From Eledone cirrhosa (Eukaryota): 64,000 nucleotides of DNA. This document shows, piece after piece, positions 61,905 to 64,000 of the stretch. Where the stretch lies: contig OZ024755.1 in assembly GCA_964016885.1 (NCBI GenBank), positions 27,590,001 to 27,654,000 of the forward strand, written 5' to 3'. The notes under the pieces were generated by a model, which ran no database searches, had not been told where the DNA came from, and saw only the letters and a program-made list of their open reading frames with translations. The stretch's first letter is position 1. Each line of letters opens with the position of its first letter. Made by a program: the position numbers and the translations under genes.

Positions 61905-64000
61905 TTATCTGTCTGTAGTTGACTCCAACTGTCAGTTTTGTCTATAGTTGACACCAACTGTCAGTTCTGTATCTGTAGTTGACACCAACTGTCAGTTCTG
62001 TATCTGTAGTTGACACCAACTGTCAGTTCTCTGTCTGTAGTTGACTCCAACTGTCAGTTCTGTATCTGTAGTTGACACCAACTGTCAGTTCTGTATCTGT
62101 AGTTGACACCAACTGTCAGTTCTCTGTCTGTAGTTGACTCCAACTGTCAGTTCTGTGTCTGTAGTTGACACCAACTGTCAGTTCTGTGTCTGTAGTTGAC
62201 ACCAACTGTCAGTTCTGTATCTGTAGTTGACACCAACTGTCAGTTCTGTATCTGTAGTTGACTCCAACTGTCAGTTCTGTATCTGTAGTTGACACCAACT
62301 GTCAGTTCTGTATCTGTAGTTGACTCCAACTGTCAGTTCTGTCTGTAGTTGACACCAACTGTCAGTTCAGTATCTGTAGTTGACACCAACTGTCAGTTCT
62401 GTATCTGTAGTTGACACCAACTGTCAGTTCTGTATCTGTAGTTGACACCAACTGTCAGTTCTGTCTGTAGTTGACACCAACTGTCAGTTCAGTATCTGTA
62501 GTTGACACCAACTGTCAGTTCTGTATCTGTAGTTGACACCAACTGTCAGTTCTGTATCTGTAGTTGACACCAACTGTCAGTTCTCTGTCTGTAGTTGACA
62601 CCAACTGTCAGTTCTCTGTATGTAGTTGACACCAACTGTCAGTTCAGTATCTGTAGTTGACTCCAACTGTCAGTTCAGTATCTGTAGTTGACACCAACTG
62701 TCAGTTCTGTATCTGTAGTTGACACCAGCTGTCAGTTCTGTATCTGTAGTTGACTCCAACTGTCAGTTCTGTATCTGTAGTTGACACCAACTGTCAGTTC
62801 TGTGACTGTAGTTGACACCAACTGTCAGTTCTGTATCTGTAGTTGACACCAACTGTCAGTTCTGTATCTGTAGTTGACACCAACTGTCAGTTCTCTGTCT
62901 GTAGTTGACACCAATTGTCAGGTCTGTGTCTGTAGTTGACACCAACTGTCAGTTCTGTATCTGTAGTTGACACCAACTGTCAGTTCTGTGTCTGTAGTTG
63001 ACACCAATTGTCAGTTCTATGTCTGTAGTTGACACCAACTGTCAGTTTTGTCTTTAGTTGACTCCAACTGTCAGTTCTGTGTCTGTAGTTGACACCAACT
63101 GTCAGTTATGTCTGTAGTTGACTCCAACTGTCAGCTCTGTATCTGTAGTTGACACCAACTGTCAGTTCTGTGTCTGTAGTTGACACCAATTGTCAGTTCT
63201 GTGTCTGTAGTTGAGTCTAACTGTCAGTTCTGTATCTGTAGTTGACACCAACTGTCCTTGCCAACACAGTTCTGTGTCTGTAGTTGACACCAACTGTCCT
63301 TGCCAACACAGTTCTGTGTCTGTAGTTGACACAAACTGTCCTTGCCAACACAGTTCTGTGTCTGTAGTTGACACAAACTGTCCTTGCCAATGCAGTTCTG
63401 TATCTGTAGTTGACACAAACTCTCCTTGCCAACACAGTTCTGTGTCTGTAGTTGACACAAACTGTCCTTGCCAATGTAGTTCTGTATCTGTAGTTGACAC
63501 CAACTGTCCTTGCCAACACAGTTCTGTGTCTGTAGTTGACACAAACTGTCCTTGCCAACACAGTTCTGTGTCTGTAGTTGACACAAACTGTCCTTGCCAA
63601 TGCAGTTCTGTATCCGTAGTTGACACAAACTCTCCTTGCCAACACAGTTCTGTGTCTGTAGTTGACACCAACTATCCTTGCCAATGCAGTTCTGTATCTG
63701 TAGTTGACACCAACTGTCCTTGCCAACACAGTTCTGTATCTGTAGTTGACACCAACTGTCCTTGCCAACGCAGTTCTGTATCTGTAGTTGACACCAACTG
63801 TCCTTGCCAATGCAGTTCTGTATCTGTAGTTGACACAAACTGTCCTTGCCAACGCAGTTCTGTATCTGTAGTTGACACCAACTGTCCTTGCCAACACAGT
63901 TCTGTATCTGTAGTTGACACCAACTGTCCTTGCCAACGCAGTTCTGTATCTGTAGTTGACACCAACTGTCCTTGCCAATGCAGTTCTGTATCTGTAGTTG
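61905..64000. repeat. Satellite array: 31-bp units to about 63250, then 42-bp units to the window end
   Basis: atctgtagttgacaccaactgtcagttctgt, then tctgtagttgacaccaactgtccttgccaacacagttctgtg. Confidence 0.98.

Noticed and set aside
61905-64000. CRISPR-like array or repeat protein
   Set aside because: The repeats have a palindromic core but no unique spacers and no cas genes, and the context is eukaryotic. The ORFs arise because 42 is a multiple of 3.

Overview
AT-rich, microsatellite- and repeat-dense eukaryotic DNA. The repeat families suggest an octopus/coleoid genome; this is an inference. The window holds one complete protein-coding gene on the minus strand: an 8-exon CEPT1/CHPT1-like choline/ethanolamine phosphotransferase. 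Its CDS runs 49789->1522 (1185 nt spliced, 394 aa), all introns are GT-AG, and intron 1 is about 28 kb. The rest is mostly mobile DNA: several RTE-clade LINE families, two tRNA-derived SINE families, TTAA-type, hAT-type and TA-type MITEs, a decayed hAT/Charlie transposase, a Helitron, and Penelope-like relics. Main findings: (1) a type I hammerhead ribozyme with an intact core, sense to the host pre-mRNA in intron 1, set inside an inverted duplication next to a Penelope-like RT remnant, with three degenerate hammerheads elsewhere; (2) a ~2.9 kb 48-bp array that is the expanded 3'-UTR VNTR of an RTE LINE nested in an older LINE; (3) a satellite that switches from a 31-bp to a 42-bp monomer; (4) a 7x tandem amplification of the predicted branch point of exon 6; (5) a candidate in-frame 72-nt cassette exon. 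Most ORFs in the supplied track are repeat artefacts. Repeat boundaries were read by eye and are approximate.
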